NCBI GenBank assembly: GCA_049903315.1
Contig: JBNGBT010000006.1
Span: forward strand, 96,001 to 160,000
Reading direction: 5' to 3'
From: Candidatus Cloacimonadota bacterium
Lineage (GTDB): Bacteria; Cloacimonadota; Cloacimonadia; JGIOTU-2
Length of the DNA stretch: 64,000 bases
Part shown: positions 1 through 10,184 of the stretch, one piece after another
Layout of the letters: every line of letters starts with the position of its first letter
How positions within the stretch are numbered: position 1 is the stretch's first letter
Translations under genes and position numbers: made by a program
Notes under the pieces: generated by a model
What the model saw: the letters and a program-made list of their open reading frames with translations, nothing else
Database searches by the model: none
Told to the model about the DNA's origin: nothing

Positions 1-107
1 AAAACGAAAATCCCCCAAAATTATTGTTTTTATTGACATCTAAATTTTTAAGAATCAGCTTTTTGAGTAAATGAATCGAGAATAGAAAAAATTCAAGGAG
101 AAACAAT

Positions 108-1544
108 ATGGATAAAAGCTCTCACAAATTAGGTTTATTTAAACTCATTATGATAACGCTTGCGTTCATTATGAGTATTAGAAATCTTCCAATGCTTGCA
201 GAAACGGGCTGGGCGCAGATCTTTTATATGGTGGTGGCAGCGCTCATTTTCCTTATACCGACTGCACTCATTTCTGCCGAGCTTGCAACCGGGTGGCCCT
301 CTGCGGGCGGTGTGTATAAATGGATCAAGCTTGCTTTTGGTGACAGGGCTGCGTTCATCGGCTCGTGGATGCTCTGGGTGCAGATGTTTTTCGGCATGGT
401 CATGATCGGGTCATTCATTGCAGCGATGCTCGCCTTTGTTTTTAAACCTGCACTGGCGAACAATAATATTTATATTGCAGTGGTCACGATTGTAATTTAT
501 TGGATCGCAACACTACTCAACCTGAAAGGATTGAAATCCGGCAGTTTGATAAGTTCGGTCGGCTTTCTTGTCGGTGTGCTCATTCCATTCATTCTTATAC
601 TTGGATTCGGATTAAACTATTTTCTCGGCAGTAATCCGATCCAGCTTCCAAAATTTTCCTGGGCGCAGGCATTTCCAAATTTTTCAAGTATAAGGAACCT
701 TGCCTTCTTTGTGGGAATAATATTTCTCTATTCGGGAATGGAGGTGTCATCTGTTCATGCAAATGAAGTGAATAATCCACAAAAGAATTATCCCCTTGCA
801 ATGCTTATCGCAGCGATTCTTATCATGGCAATGAACATATTCGGCGCTTTGGCAATTGAGATTGCTGTTCCAAAAGATTCAATAAATCTAGCAGGTGGTG
901 TAATGCAAACTTTTACTGTTTTTTTTAATCAACATAATGTGAGCTGGCTCATTCCAATTGTTGCATTCATGGCTGCGATCGGTGCGTTCGGACAGCTCAG
1001 CACGTGGGTGCTTGGACCGTCCACCGCAATGCTGCAGGTTGCCAAAAACGGCTTTATGCCAAGATGGTGGCAGAAGACGAACAGCTCAGGTGTGCCGATC
1101 CGTTTCGTGCTTGTACAGGCAACGATGATCTCACTGGTCGCACTGATCTATGTGGTTGTTCCCGCGGTAAATACCGGCTTTTTCATGGTGCTGATCCTCA
1201 CGACTGTGCTTTATGCAGTAATGTATCTACTGCTCTTTGCATCGGGCATCAAACTGAGATACAAATATCCTGATGTGAAACGTACGTATAGAGTTCCTGG
1301 CGGAAACATCGGTATGTGGATTGTTGGCGGACTGGGATTTCTTGCAATGCTCTTTGTAATTCTCATCAGTTTCTTCCCGCCCTCGAATCTTAAAATTGGA
1401 AGCCCGACTTTTTATGTGCTTTTCATGGTACTCGGACTGCTCATATTCGTATCCCTGCCAATCATAATCTATGCACGCAGAAAGCCGGAATGGAAAGAAA
1501 TAACACAAGATAATAATGAAAAAAAAGGAGAATCAAATGGATAA
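108..1544 (+). CDS. APC-family amino acid/amine antiporter (GadC/TyrP-like)
   Basis: 478 aa, ~12 hydrophobic segments; AELATGWPSAGGVYKW, YSGMEVSSVHANEV.NP.KNYP and LRYKYPD..R.Y motifs; directly upstream of a decarboxylase; AGGAG RBS. Confidence 0.9.
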   Translation: MDKSSHKLGLFKLIMITLAFIMSIRNLPMLAETGWAQIFYMVVAALIFLIPTALISAELATGWPSAGGVYKWIKLAFGDRAAFIGSWMLWVQMFFGMVMIGSFIAAMLAFVFKPALANNNIYIAVVTIVIYWIATLLNLKGLKSGSLISSVGFLVGVLIPFILILGFGLNYFLGSNPIQLPKFSWAQAFPNFSSIRNLAFFVGIIFLYSGMEVSSVHANEVNNPQKNYPLAMLIAAILIMAMNIFGALAIEIAVPKDSINLAGGVMQTFTVFFNQHNVSWLIPIVAFMAAIGAFGQLSTWVLGPSTAMLQVAKNGFMPRWWQKTNSSGVPIRFVLVQATMISLVALIYVVVPAVNTGFFMVLILTTVLYAVMYLLLFASGIKLRYKYPDVKRTYRVPGGNIGMWIVGGLGFLAMLFVILISFFPPSNLKIGSPTFYVLFMVLGLLIFVSLPIIIYARRKPEWKEITQDNNEKKGESNG

Positions 1545-3390
1545 GATAGATATTAACGGATTGTTTTTAGGACCAAAATCCGAGAACGGCAAATTCTTTA
1601 AAGAAAAGGTTCTCGATGTGATAAATGAACACCTTTTCTGGAGAAAGGATTTTCATCCGGAAGATGATCCTGTTATCTCATTACATGAAAAGGACCAGAA
1701 GGATTTCAGACTCACTGAGGAGAAGGTGCACCAGGTGATCGATACGGTGTGTGCAAAACTTAAAGAGACGTCAATGCCCTGGCATTCGCCGCGCTATCTC
1801 GGGCATATGAATGCAGATATTCTCATGCCTGCAATGATCGGTTACATCGCCGCAATGCTGTACAATCCGAACAACGTTGCATATGAAGCTTCCACTGCAA
1901 CGTCACCCATGGAACTGGAATGCGGATATGATTTTGCAGATCTCATGGGTTATGACCGTGAAAAAGCGTGGGGGCATATCTGTACAGATGGCAGTGTTGC
2001 AAACCTTGAAGCGATATGGTATGCCAGAAATCTTACGTCGATACCTTTTGCAATCAAAGAATTGCGTCCGAAACTGGTTGAAGGAAAATCAGACTGGCAG
2101 CTTGCAAATATGACTGTCGAGCAGATTCTCGATCTATCGGAAAACGTAAAAGATATCTGGGATGAGATCAGGGATAAATCTGTTCGAGGTACAGGCATCG
2201 TTCAGAAACAGCTTGGTAAATGGATCGTTCCGCAGACAAAACATTATTCATGGGTGAAAGCCGGTGAAATTATCGGACTCGGTCTGAATAATGTTATCTC
2301 CATCCAGGTTGATGAACATTACAGAATGGACATCGATGTGCTTAAAAAAACAATCGATGACCTTGTGAGTAAGGAAATTCCAATACTCGGGGTAGTATCT
2401 GTAGTTGGCAGCACAGAAGAAGGGGCAGTTGATCATGTCGATCAGGTCGTTGCCCTTAGAAAGGAACTGGAAAAGAAAGGAATCTCTTTCTATCTGCATA
2501 TCGATGCTGCCTATGGCGGGTATGCCCGTTCGATCTTCCTTGATGAGAATTTCAAATTTATCCCGTATGATGAACTGAGACTCCGCTTGCACAAAGACGG
2601 CATTATCAATAAGGATGAGATCGACTGGCCAAGCAAGGATGTGTACAATGCATTCAAGGCGATCGAAGAATCCGATTCTGTCACGATCGATCCGCACAAG
2701 ATGGGTTATGTACCCTACGCAGCCGGAGGTATCACAATAAAAGATAGAAGAATGACCGATGCAATTTCCTACTTTGCCGCGTATACCTTTGAGAAAGGAA
2801 CCAATGTTCCCGCATTACTTGGAAGTTATATCCTGGAAGGTTCTAAAGCCGGCGCAACCGCAGCAGCGGTGTGGGTAGCTCATAGAGTTTTACCTTTGAA
2901 CATAACAGGTTATGGCAGACTCATCGGTGCAAGCATCGAAGGAGCACAGAGATTCTATAACCATATCCAGAAGAACAAGATCCTGAACATAAACGGGACA
3001 GAAGTAAAGATGGATACTCTCACAAAACCGGATTTCAATATGGTTGATTTTGCATTCAATATCGAAGGCAACAAAGACCTGAAGAAGATGAATGAGCTCA
3101 ATTTCCAGATTTACGATCTCAGTTCTTATGTAGCAGGACCGGTGTACAAAAATGACTTCATCACCTCGCATACAGAATTTACATATGCTGATTACGGTGA
3201 TGCGCCCGTTGGCATTGCAGATCGGTTAGGGATTGCTAAATCTGAATGGGATAAAGTGCATAGTTTCCGTTTGATGCGTGCATGTGTACTAACGCCATAT
3301 TTCATGATAGATAAAGTAGTTGAACACTATTGGGAAACGTATCTTGACAGTATGAAGAGAAAATTGGTAGAGATACTTCCTACACTATAG
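1537..3390 (+). CDS. tdc: PLP-dependent tyrosine decarboxylase (group II, TyrDC-like)
   Basis: PWHSPRYLGHMN, YNPNNVAYE, HIDAAYGGY, DPHKMGY (PLP lysine) and LEGSKAGA match the enterococcal/lactobacillus TyrDC pattern; ATG 1537 follows AAGGAG and overlaps the antiporter end. Confidence 0.85.
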   Translation: MDKIDINGLFLGPKSENGKFFKEKVLDVINEHLFWRKDFHPEDDPVISLHEKDQKDFRLTEEKVHQVIDTVCAKLKETSMPWHSPRYLGHMNADILMPAMIGYIAAMLYNPNNVAYEASTATSPMELECGYDFADLMGYDREKAWGHICTDGSVANLEAIWYARNLTSIPFAIKELRPKLVEGKSDWQLANMTVEQILDLSENVKDIWDEIRDKSVRGTGIVQKQLGKWIVPQTKHYSWVKAGEIIGLGLNNVISIQVDEHYRMDIDVLKKTIDDLVSKEIPILGVVSVVGSTEEGAVDHVDQVVALRKELEKKGISFYLHIDAAYGGYARSIFLDENFKFIPYDELRLRLHKDGIINKDEIDWPSKDVYNAFKAIEESDSVTIDPHKMGYVPYAAGGITIKDRRMTDAISYFAAYTFEKGTNVPALLGSYILEGSKAGATAAAVWVAHRVLPLNITGYGRLIGASIEGAQRFYNHIQKNKILNINGTEVKMDTLTKPDFNMVDFAFNIEGNKDLKKMNELNFQIYDLSSYVAGPVYKNDFITSHTEFTYADYGDAPVGIADRLGIAKSEWDKVHSFRLMRACVLTPYFMIDKVVEHYWETYLDSMKRKLVEILPTL

Positions 3391-3428
3391 ATAGTTTTCA
3401 CGCTTAGAATACGTCAAGATAGGATAAA

Positions 3429-4151
3429 ATGAAAAGCATTGTATACCTCATTTCTAAAAAACTTAAAAATTTTGATGATTGTTTGGATTTTCTAAAAAGG
3501 AAATCGATATCAAAAGCTATACTACATCTATATAGTTATGAAGTTGTCAGAAGAAAAAAGTTAAGAACTGAACTTCTCATACGTATTGAATTCCAGGTGG
3601 ATGATAATTTCTATGTTTTTGAAAAGATCTGTGGTGGTTTTTTTCATATCTATCCAGAAAGTAACAAACAAAAACAGATACAGTCGGCAAATCGAACATT
3701 GCTGCAAATGCTTGAGAAATTAACAGTTCTTAATATCGAATTAGTGAATAGTCACCTCCGATTTAAATATAAACCCAATTCGGAGAATCAGTTTCTCCAT
3801 GAAGTGAATCCCTATGAAAGATTTACGAATACTGATCTGATTTTACGAGATCAACTCGCAATCGATCGAACGATCCTTGCAAATGAGCGAACTTTTTTTG
3901 CCTATGCAAGAACGAGTCTTGCTCTCATGCTTACTGGTGGTGGCGTTATTAAATTCTTTGGCTCACTGCTGTTGTGGATTATCGGAGTAGTGCTGATTGG
4001 CCTTGGCTTGATCGTAATAACGGTCGGTGTTTGGAGAACGATCGCTATGTCCAGAAAAATTAATACTGCCAGCAGAAATGTAAAATCTGAGCAACATATA
4101 GAAGATACTGATTCAAAAAGTAAAGAGGAGAATGAACTGGAAAGTTCGTGA
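3429..4151 (+). CDS. DUF202/YidH-family membrane protein with a long soluble N-terminal extension
   Basis: LRDQLAIDRTILANERTFFAYARTSL followed by two TM helices is the DUF202 signature; the first ~125 aa are unassigned. Confidence 0.75.
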   Translation: MKSIVYLISKKLKNFDDCLDFLKRKSISKAILHLYSYEVVRRKKLRTELLIRIEFQVDDNFYVFEKICGGFFHIYPESNKQKQIQSANRTLLQMLEKLTVLNIELVNSHLRFKYKPNSENQFLHEVNPYERFTNTDLILRDQLAIDRTILANERTFFAYARTSLALMLTGGGVIKFFGSLLLWIIGVVLIGLGLIVITVGVWRTIAMSRKINTASRNVKSEQHIEDTDSKSKEENELESS

Positions 4152-4186
4152 AACTGTGTAGTATGTGTATATAAGAATAATTAATA

Positions 4187-5533
4187 ATGGAACAAAGTAG
4201 ATCTGGAATTATATACACGCTGAATCAAAGACCACCTTTGGTAGAAGCGATTTTTGCAGCTTTGCAGCATTTCCTGGCGATCTTCATTCCCATCATTACG
4301 CCAACACTGATTATCGGAAATCTGCTGGATCTTCAAGCAGAAGTACCGTATCTTATCTCAATGGCTTTGATAGTATCGGGTATTGCGACATTTATTCAAG
4401 TAAAGAAAGTTGGTCCTATCGGCTCAGGACTTCTTAGCATACAGGGAACGAGTTTTGCTTTTTTAGCTCCATTAGTCGCAGCCGGCTTGATCCTCAAAGA
4501 ACGAGGTGCAACTTCTCATCAAATACTCGGAACGATTTTCGCACTTTGTTTTCTTGGTTCATTCATTGAGATGATCTCCAGCAGATTTCTCCATTTCCTC
4601 AAAAAGATCATTACTCCAATTGTAACCGGAACTGTGGTTACGCTGATCGGATTGAGTCTGATCAAAGTTGCTGTGATTGATATGGGCGGAGGAAGTGCTT
4701 TGCTGAAAGGTGGTTCGGGACAGTTTGGAAATCTCACAAATCTTATTCTTGCTGGTGTGACCATCATTGTTATTGTTCTGTGCAATGCGAGTAAATCCCA
4801 GATTTTACGCATGACATCGATAGTGATCGGGCTTGTGTGCGGGTTTATTCTCTCTCTTTTTCTTGTTGAGATTGACTTTAGTAGTATCCATGCTTTACCT
4901 GTTGTGAGCGTACCAGTTCCTTTTAAGTTTGGATTTCATCTTGATTTGGAGTTTTTTATTCCCATTGCTATTATTTATCTCATAACAACAATTGAATCAA
5001 TCGGAGACTTGACTGCAACGTCGGTAGTGTCGGGGGAACCAATAAAAGGTGATCTGTATATTAAACGAATCAAGGGAGGTGTGCTTGGAGATGGATTTAA
5101 TTCTATGCTTGCATCTACGTTAAATACCTTTCCTAATACAACCTTCAGTCAGAACAATGGTGTGATACAACTTACTGGTGTTGCCAGTAGATATGTTGGC
5201 ATGATAGTCGCATTATTCCTTTTTGTGTTCGGATTATTTCCAATTGTGGGAGGTGTGCTGAGATTAATTCCAAGTTCTGTAATTGGAGCAGCAACCTTGA
5301 TCATGTTCGGATCAGTAGCTGCAGCTGGAATAAAGATTATTTCGACCACAAAACTCGACAGACGTTCCTTTCTTATTCTTGCAGTCTCGTTCGGACTTGG
5401 GTTGGGAGTGCAGTTCGTACCGCAGATATTACAGAATATGCCACAGATCATTCAAAATATTTTTGGTTCTCCGATTTCAACTGGCGGATTGACAGCAATT
5501 ATCCTCAATATTATATTGCCAAGAGCTCAATAA
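4187..5533 (+). CDS. NCS2-family xanthine/uracil permease
   Basis: ALQHFLA, QGTSFAF, IESIGD and NAT signature TFSQNNGVIQLTGVASRYVG. Confidence 0.92.
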   Translation: MEQSRSGIIYTLNQRPPLVEAIFAALQHFLAIFIPIITPTLIIGNLLDLQAEVPYLISMALIVSGIATFIQVKKVGPIGSGLLSIQGTSFAFLAPLVAAGLILKERGATSHQILGTIFALCFLGSFIEMISSRFLHFLKKIITPIVTGTVVTLIGLSLIKVAVIDMGGGSALLKGGSGQFGNLTNLILAGVTIIVIVLCNASKSQILRMTSIVIGLVCGFILSLFLVEIDFSSIHALPVVSVPVPFKFGFHLDLEFFIPIAIIYLITTIESIGDLTATSVVSGEPIKGDLYIKRIKGGVLGDGFNSMLASTLNTFPNTTFSQNNGVIQLTGVASRYVGMIVALFLFVFGLFPIVGGVLRLIPSSVIGAATLIMFGSVAAAGIKIISTTKLDRRSFLILAVSFGLGLGVQFVPQILQNMPQIIQNIFGSPISTGGLTAIILNIILPRAQ

Positions 5534-5623
5534 CTTGAGTCTAACGATATTCCATTCTGAATGTTCATCTCTACAGAACAATTGTAGGATTTAACCGAAC
5601 AAAAGTGCGATTATCTTTTTTTC

Positions 5624-6658
5624 GGCTTAATGGTAAAAAAATGAGGCTAAAAGCGTTGTAATTAGCTGGATGTTTGCGAGATAGCTATACTTTCTTATTC
5701 TATAGATAAAAAGATGACAAAAAAAATGTCCTCGATGTGGTTCACGGCACACGAAGAGGAATGGAAAGAAACTCAACAGACAGAGCTATAAATGCAATGA
5801 ATGTTCGTATCAATTTTTAGGTGCACGAAGGAGAACCACAGAGCTTTCGGAGAAGATATTTTTAGATTATACAGATGGAAAGCAAAGTTATAAGCAATTA
5901 TCTCAGAAGTATCATATATCCATCAAAACCATTCGATCAAAGCTACAAAAATATCAGGTTGTTTGTCCTGAATATGAACCCAGCGAGACTGTCATTATCA
6001 TGGACACAACGTATTTTAGACGAGATTTTGGGGTTATGGTTTTTCGCGATGCCTATCAAAGAAGGAACCTACATTGGACTTTCGTAAATTATGAAACCGT
6101 TAAGTTATATGGAGAAGGAGTCAGGTATTTACAATCAAAAGGCTGGGATATCAAAGCATTGGTCTGTGATGGCAGAAGAGGCTTATTTAAAGCCTTTTCC
6201 AGATGTCATGTGCAAATGTGTCACTTCCATCAATGTGCTATTATTAGACGCTATTTAACACAAAATCCACGCTTAGAAGCTAACATCGAGTTGAAGGAGT
6301 TATCATCACTATTGACTTCTATAGATAAGAGTTTTTGGCAAAACCTATTAGAAAAGTGGTATCAAAAGTGGAGTGATTATCTGAAAGAAAAAACAATCGA
6401 TCCCGTAACAGGAAAAGGGCATTATACTCATAGAAGATTAAGAAGTGCATACCGAAGTTTGAAAACAAATACACCCTACCTTTTTACTTATCAAGACTAC
6501 CCAGAACTGAATATCCCCAACACGACTAATTCATTGGATGGATCTTTCAATGATCTGAAATCAAAATTAAGAAATCATGCTGGATTAAAAGATAAAATGA
6601 AAATCAAATTGATTAAGCATTTCTTAGCTAAATAGCCTCATTTTTTTACCATTAAGCC
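5624..6658 (+). mobile_element. Insertion sequence, 1,035 bp, IS256/Mutator-like with N-terminal Zn ribbon
   Basis: Perfect 26-bp terminal inverted repeats GGCTTAATGGTAAAAAAATGAGGCTA (5624-5649; reverse complement at 6633-6658); flanking 8-mers TTTTTTTC / TTTTTTTA (7/8, possible target duplication); encloses a transposase. Confidence 0.92.
5714..6635 (+). CDS. Transposase, frameshifted at an A8 run after the ATG; main frame 5718-6635
   Basis: Open frame from 5718 reads KKCPRCGS...YKCNEC (Zn ribbon), an HTH-like stretch, then MDTTYF, VCDGRRGL, QMCHFHQ and NTTNSLDG; ATG 5714 is out of frame. Confidence 0.8.
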
Positions 6659-6678
6659 TTTTTTTATTTATAGTAAAC

Positions 6679-7707
6679 TTACTTGTAATACTTTCTTGTA
6701 AATCCAGTGATCCACTGTCCCTTTTTTACAAACAAGGATTTTATCAAACCAGTAATCAGTCCCGCTCCATAAGCAATAACCTGAGTGAGTAATGTGATGA
6801 TGGAGAGAAGTCCAACGAAAAAAGATTTATTTTTCATTGCAGATTGTATACACGCAAAGACAAGTATAAGAACAAGCAGCGCACTTTCACCAAGAAATAT
6901 CCTAACAAAGAACGGAAGGAAGAAAGTAAGGATAAGTGAAATTATAAATCCAATAAGTGCGATTGCAGGCAGGAAATGGATTGGTTTCAGCATTTTATGA
7001 TCAATTCTGCCGAGGTTGATACGAGTCACTCCCCAGTTGAAAATCTGTTTGAAGAATTTCTTTAGATTGGTTCTTCTTTTATGATACACTTTTACATCAT
7101 CAAAATAAGCAACTTTGAATCCGGAAGTATAAATTCTGTTTGAGAATTCCATGTCCTGTCCATGCCTGAGAGCATTCATTCCGCCAATCTTTTTGAAAAC
7201 CCCTCTTTTAATTCCCATATTGAAACTTCTCGGGTAGTACTTTGTGAGTTGCTTTCCCTTTGATCCCCGTGTGCCGCCCGTACCGATAAAAGAGGTCATC
7301 GAGTAATTTACAGCTTTTAGGAATGGTGAAAAATCTTTATGTGATGTGTCAGGTCCACCAAAGGCATCGAGATTTTCATTCTCAAGATGACGAGTGAGAT
7401 TATCAATATAATCTTCAGGAACAGTACAATCAGAGTCGATAAAAACAAGTAAATCTCCTTTTGCATTTTCCATACCAAGATTACGTGCTGCGCCGGGACC
7501 TTTATTCTGTTGAAATAAATACTTAAGATCAAGGTTATTTTTATGATTTTCAACAATTGCTTTTGTGGTATCTGTCGAGCCGTCATCGACAACTATAACT
7601 TCAAAATTTATCAAAGTTTGTTTTTCGAAAGAGGACAGGAATTCATCGATTTCATCAGCCCGATTATAAGCAGGAACGATGATAGAGATCAACGGAGAAT
7701 GGGACAT
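6679..7707 (-). CDS. GT2 glycosyltransferase with C-terminal TM helices
   Basis: SIIVPAYNR, VVDDGSTD, GPGAARNLG, FIDSDC motifs. Confidence 0.92.
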   Translation of the reverse strand: MSHSPLISIIVPAYNRADEIDEFLSSFEKQTLINFEVIVVDDGSTDTTKAIVENHKNNLDLKYLFQQNKGPGAARNLGMENAKGDLLVFIDSDCTVPEDYIDNLTRHLENENLDAFGGPDTSHKDFSPFLKAVNYSMTSFIGTGGTRGSKGKQLTKYYPRSFNMGIKRGVFKKIGGMNALRHGQDMEFSNRIYTSGFKVAYFDDVKVYHKRRTNLKKFFKQIFNWGVTRINLGRIDHKMLKPIHFLPAIALIGFIISLILTFFLPFFVRIFLGESALLVLILVFACIQSAMKNKSFFVGLLSIITLLTQVIAYGAGLITGLIKSLFVKKGQWITGFTRKYYK

Positions 7708-10184
7708 TAGTTATGTTCCTTCTTTTTTCTATTTAGAATTGTCACCAAAGCTACAGCAATAAGACAGGCGAATGCAAAAATATGTGCAATGAGTGAAATC
7801 TTATAATACTTCAAGAATGTTTGTGGGCTGAACTCAAAAACAACTTCGTGTTCACCGGACTTATCAATATAGATCGAGCGTAAAATATGATTTGTTTTGT
7901 ATATTGGGACTTCTGTGCCATCGACGTAAGCTTTCCATCCACCTTTTGCGGGATAGTAGATTTCGGATACGACAAAGAGTGAGGGTTTATCAGTGTAAAT
8001 ATCATATTTCATCGTGTTGAATGAAGGAGTTGTTCGCACGTAGAATGAATCAGGTTTTTCGATCGTCAGTTCGAACTGTTCTTCAAGAATTGCTGTTTGA
8101 TACGAATCGAAATTGGGATCATTTAATTTGGCAAACCGGGCATCTTTGTCTGTAATTGTGATGACATCGCCGACAAACCATGCAGGTTGGGGATCGTACT
8201 TTGCCTTATAGACGAGGAGTTTGTTTTGCTGGTCATAATAAAATGGCTCAAGGTTGTCCTGCGGAAGTTGAGAGGATGAGATCACATACTTTGTATTCAG
8301 CATTTTCAGGATATTCCAGTTTACTGGAACCTGTGGATCAGCACCCTTGAAAATACAGTTTTCCACAATATCCTGATAGATGCGCAGTTTCGCTGCATTA
8401 TAGCCACCGATAGAATTGTGGTAATATGACCAGTCATTGTTATTGAAAGGATTTTCAGTTATCGGGAATACGCGATAGTAGGAGGTGTCTTTGAGGATCG
8501 CCTTATTGGCAGGTTTCAGTTTGAAATGCTGTTTTTCAAGTTTGACCGGATCGTAAAGATCTCCCTCAGCTTTTTTTACATAAGGAATGAGATCAATAAA
8601 GAGTATGATAATTACAGCACCGATGAAAATATATTTTTTGATCGTTTTATTAACGAAAAGTAAGATAAGTGCTGCAGTTAAGACAGTAAATATTATCATT
8701 CGTAAAGCATCGGTTTGGAGCATTTCAAGCCGGACCTGTTTGATCATGGTTAAAACCTGTGGGTCAAACTGGGATGCATCTGATGATTTTTCAAGTGGAA
8801 ATGAAGATCCAAATATAAGAACTATCAATCCAATAAGAACGAGTGCTCCCCCAACGCCAAATACAATATTTTGAACCCTTTTCACCTTTTCTTTTGTGAT
8901 TTCAAGGATGTATCTCAGTCCGAAAGCAGCCCATATCACAAGGATAAATTGCATCACTACTAATATCATTGAGGGGACTCGGAATTTGTTGAAGAATGGG
9001 ATATGCTGGAAGAAGAGTGAGTAAAGGAATGGCAGATGCCGTCCAAAAGATAAAAATAGCGATAAGAGGAACAGTGCAAATGTTATCTTTATAAATCCTT
9101 TTTTGAAAGACAGGATTAATCCTATTATTGAGAAGAAAATTAAGACCACACCAAAATAATCATATGCCTGGGTGAAAGGCATATGTCCCCAGTATGTGGG
9201 AAGTTTTTTATTATGCCATTGCTCTACTTTTGTGCCTGTATACAGTTCATTTGAAGTTCCGCCATAGAATCGAGGTATGACAAATGTGAGCAGTTCTGCG
9301 GGATGCATAGACCACCCGGTTGCATAATCCATATCCAGTCCCGTAGATTCTTCTTCGCCTGTTCCGCCGCGAATTGAGTAGGGAGTATATTCATTTGTCA
9401 CAAAGAGAGGTTGCGCTACCATTGCAGTGATGAGCAGAGAACCTCCGATAATGAGTACAATTTTGAGAAGGAACCTCTTTGTTTCTTTGTTTATGAGCAT
9501 TGTGACGAGATAATATATTCCTACAAAAAGCAGGATCATGATCTGGTAGAATATGATTTGATAATGCTGAGTTCTGATTTGAATAGAAAAGGCAAAGATA
9601 AATCCGAAGAACCAGAGAAGGTTTTTCTTGTTCAGGAAACTCAAAAAGAAGAACGTGACCATCGGCATGTACATGATGGGCCTAAATTTCGCAAAATGTC
9701 CAATATTCAGCAATGACATGAAGTGCGGAATAAAGATAAAGCCCAGTCCTCCGAAAATTGATTCCCAAAATCCCAATTTAAAGAATCTCAACAGATAAAA
9801 CATCCCGATAAAACCGATGAGGTAGAGCCAGATGTAAGAATATACTACTTTATCTAAAATATCATGAATTATTTTGTCCAAGGAAAACACTAAAGCTCTT
9901 TTTCTATGATAAACCGGCATACCTGAGAAAACGGGGGAATTCCAATATACTTCTTCATCATTCTCAGCCTGAAATTTCTTCATCTGGTGTGTGGATCCCT
10001 GCGAACCTATAACATCGACGCCACCTGGACGAAGATTCTGAAATGCCATGGGACTGAAAACGATGAGAAGTATGACAAATACTCCCAGGAAGACAATAAT
10101 ATTTCTTTGATTTGATAAAATTCTTAAACCTTGTTTTTTGTTTAAGGATTTGTTTTCAGGCAGGAGTTCTTTCTTTTTATTCAT
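7707..10184 (-). CDS. YfhO-family (GT-C-like) multi-pass membrane protein
   Basis: 825 aa, many TM segments; WNSPVFSGMP, FNKFRVPS, SIGGYNAAKL, SEIYYP..GWKAYVDG motifs. Confidence 0.8.
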   Translation of the reverse strand: MNKKKELLPENKSLNKKQGLRILSNQRNIIVFLGVFVILLIVFSPMAFQNLRPGGVDVIGSQGSTHQMKKFQAENDEEVYWNSPVFSGMPVYHRKRALVFSLDKIIHDILDKVVYSYIWLYLIGFIGMFYLLRFFKLGFWESIFGGLGFIFIPHFMSLLNIGHFAKFRPIMYMPMVTFFFLSFLNKKNLLWFFGFIFAFSIQIRTQHYQIIFYQIMILLFVGIYYLVTMLINKETKRFLLKIVLIIGGSLLITAMVAQPLFVTNEYTPYSIRGGTGEEESTGLDMDYATGWSMHPAELLTFVIPRFYGGTSNELYTGTKVEQWHNKKLPTYWGHMPFTQAYDYFGVVLIFFSIIGLILSFKKGFIKITFALFLLSLFLSFGRHLPFLYSLFFQHIPFFNKFRVPSMILVVMQFILVIWAAFGLRYILEITKEKVKRVQNIVFGVGGALVLIGLIVLIFGSSFPLEKSSDASQFDPQVLTMIKQVRLEMLQTDALRMIIFTVLTAALILLFVNKTIKKYIFIGAVIIILFIDLIPYVKKAEGDLYDPVKLEKQHFKLKPANKAILKDTSYYRVFPITENPFNNNDWSYYHNSIGGYNAAKLRIYQDIVENCIFKGADPQVPVNWNILKMLNTKYVISSSQLPQDNLEPFYYDQQNKLLVYKAKYDPQPAWFVGDVITITDKDARFAKLNDPNFDSYQTAILEEQFELTIEKPDSFYVRTTPSFNTMKYDIYTDKPSLFVVSEIYYPAKGGWKAYVDGTEVPIYKTNHILRSIYIDKSGEHEVVFEFSPQTFLKYYKISLIAHIFAFACLIAVALVTILNRKKKEHN

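Noticed and set aside
5875..6087. 70-aa ORF as a separate IS orfA
   Set aside because: It is an alternative frame overlapping the continuous Zn-ribbon/HTH/catalytic transposase frame and has no motifs.
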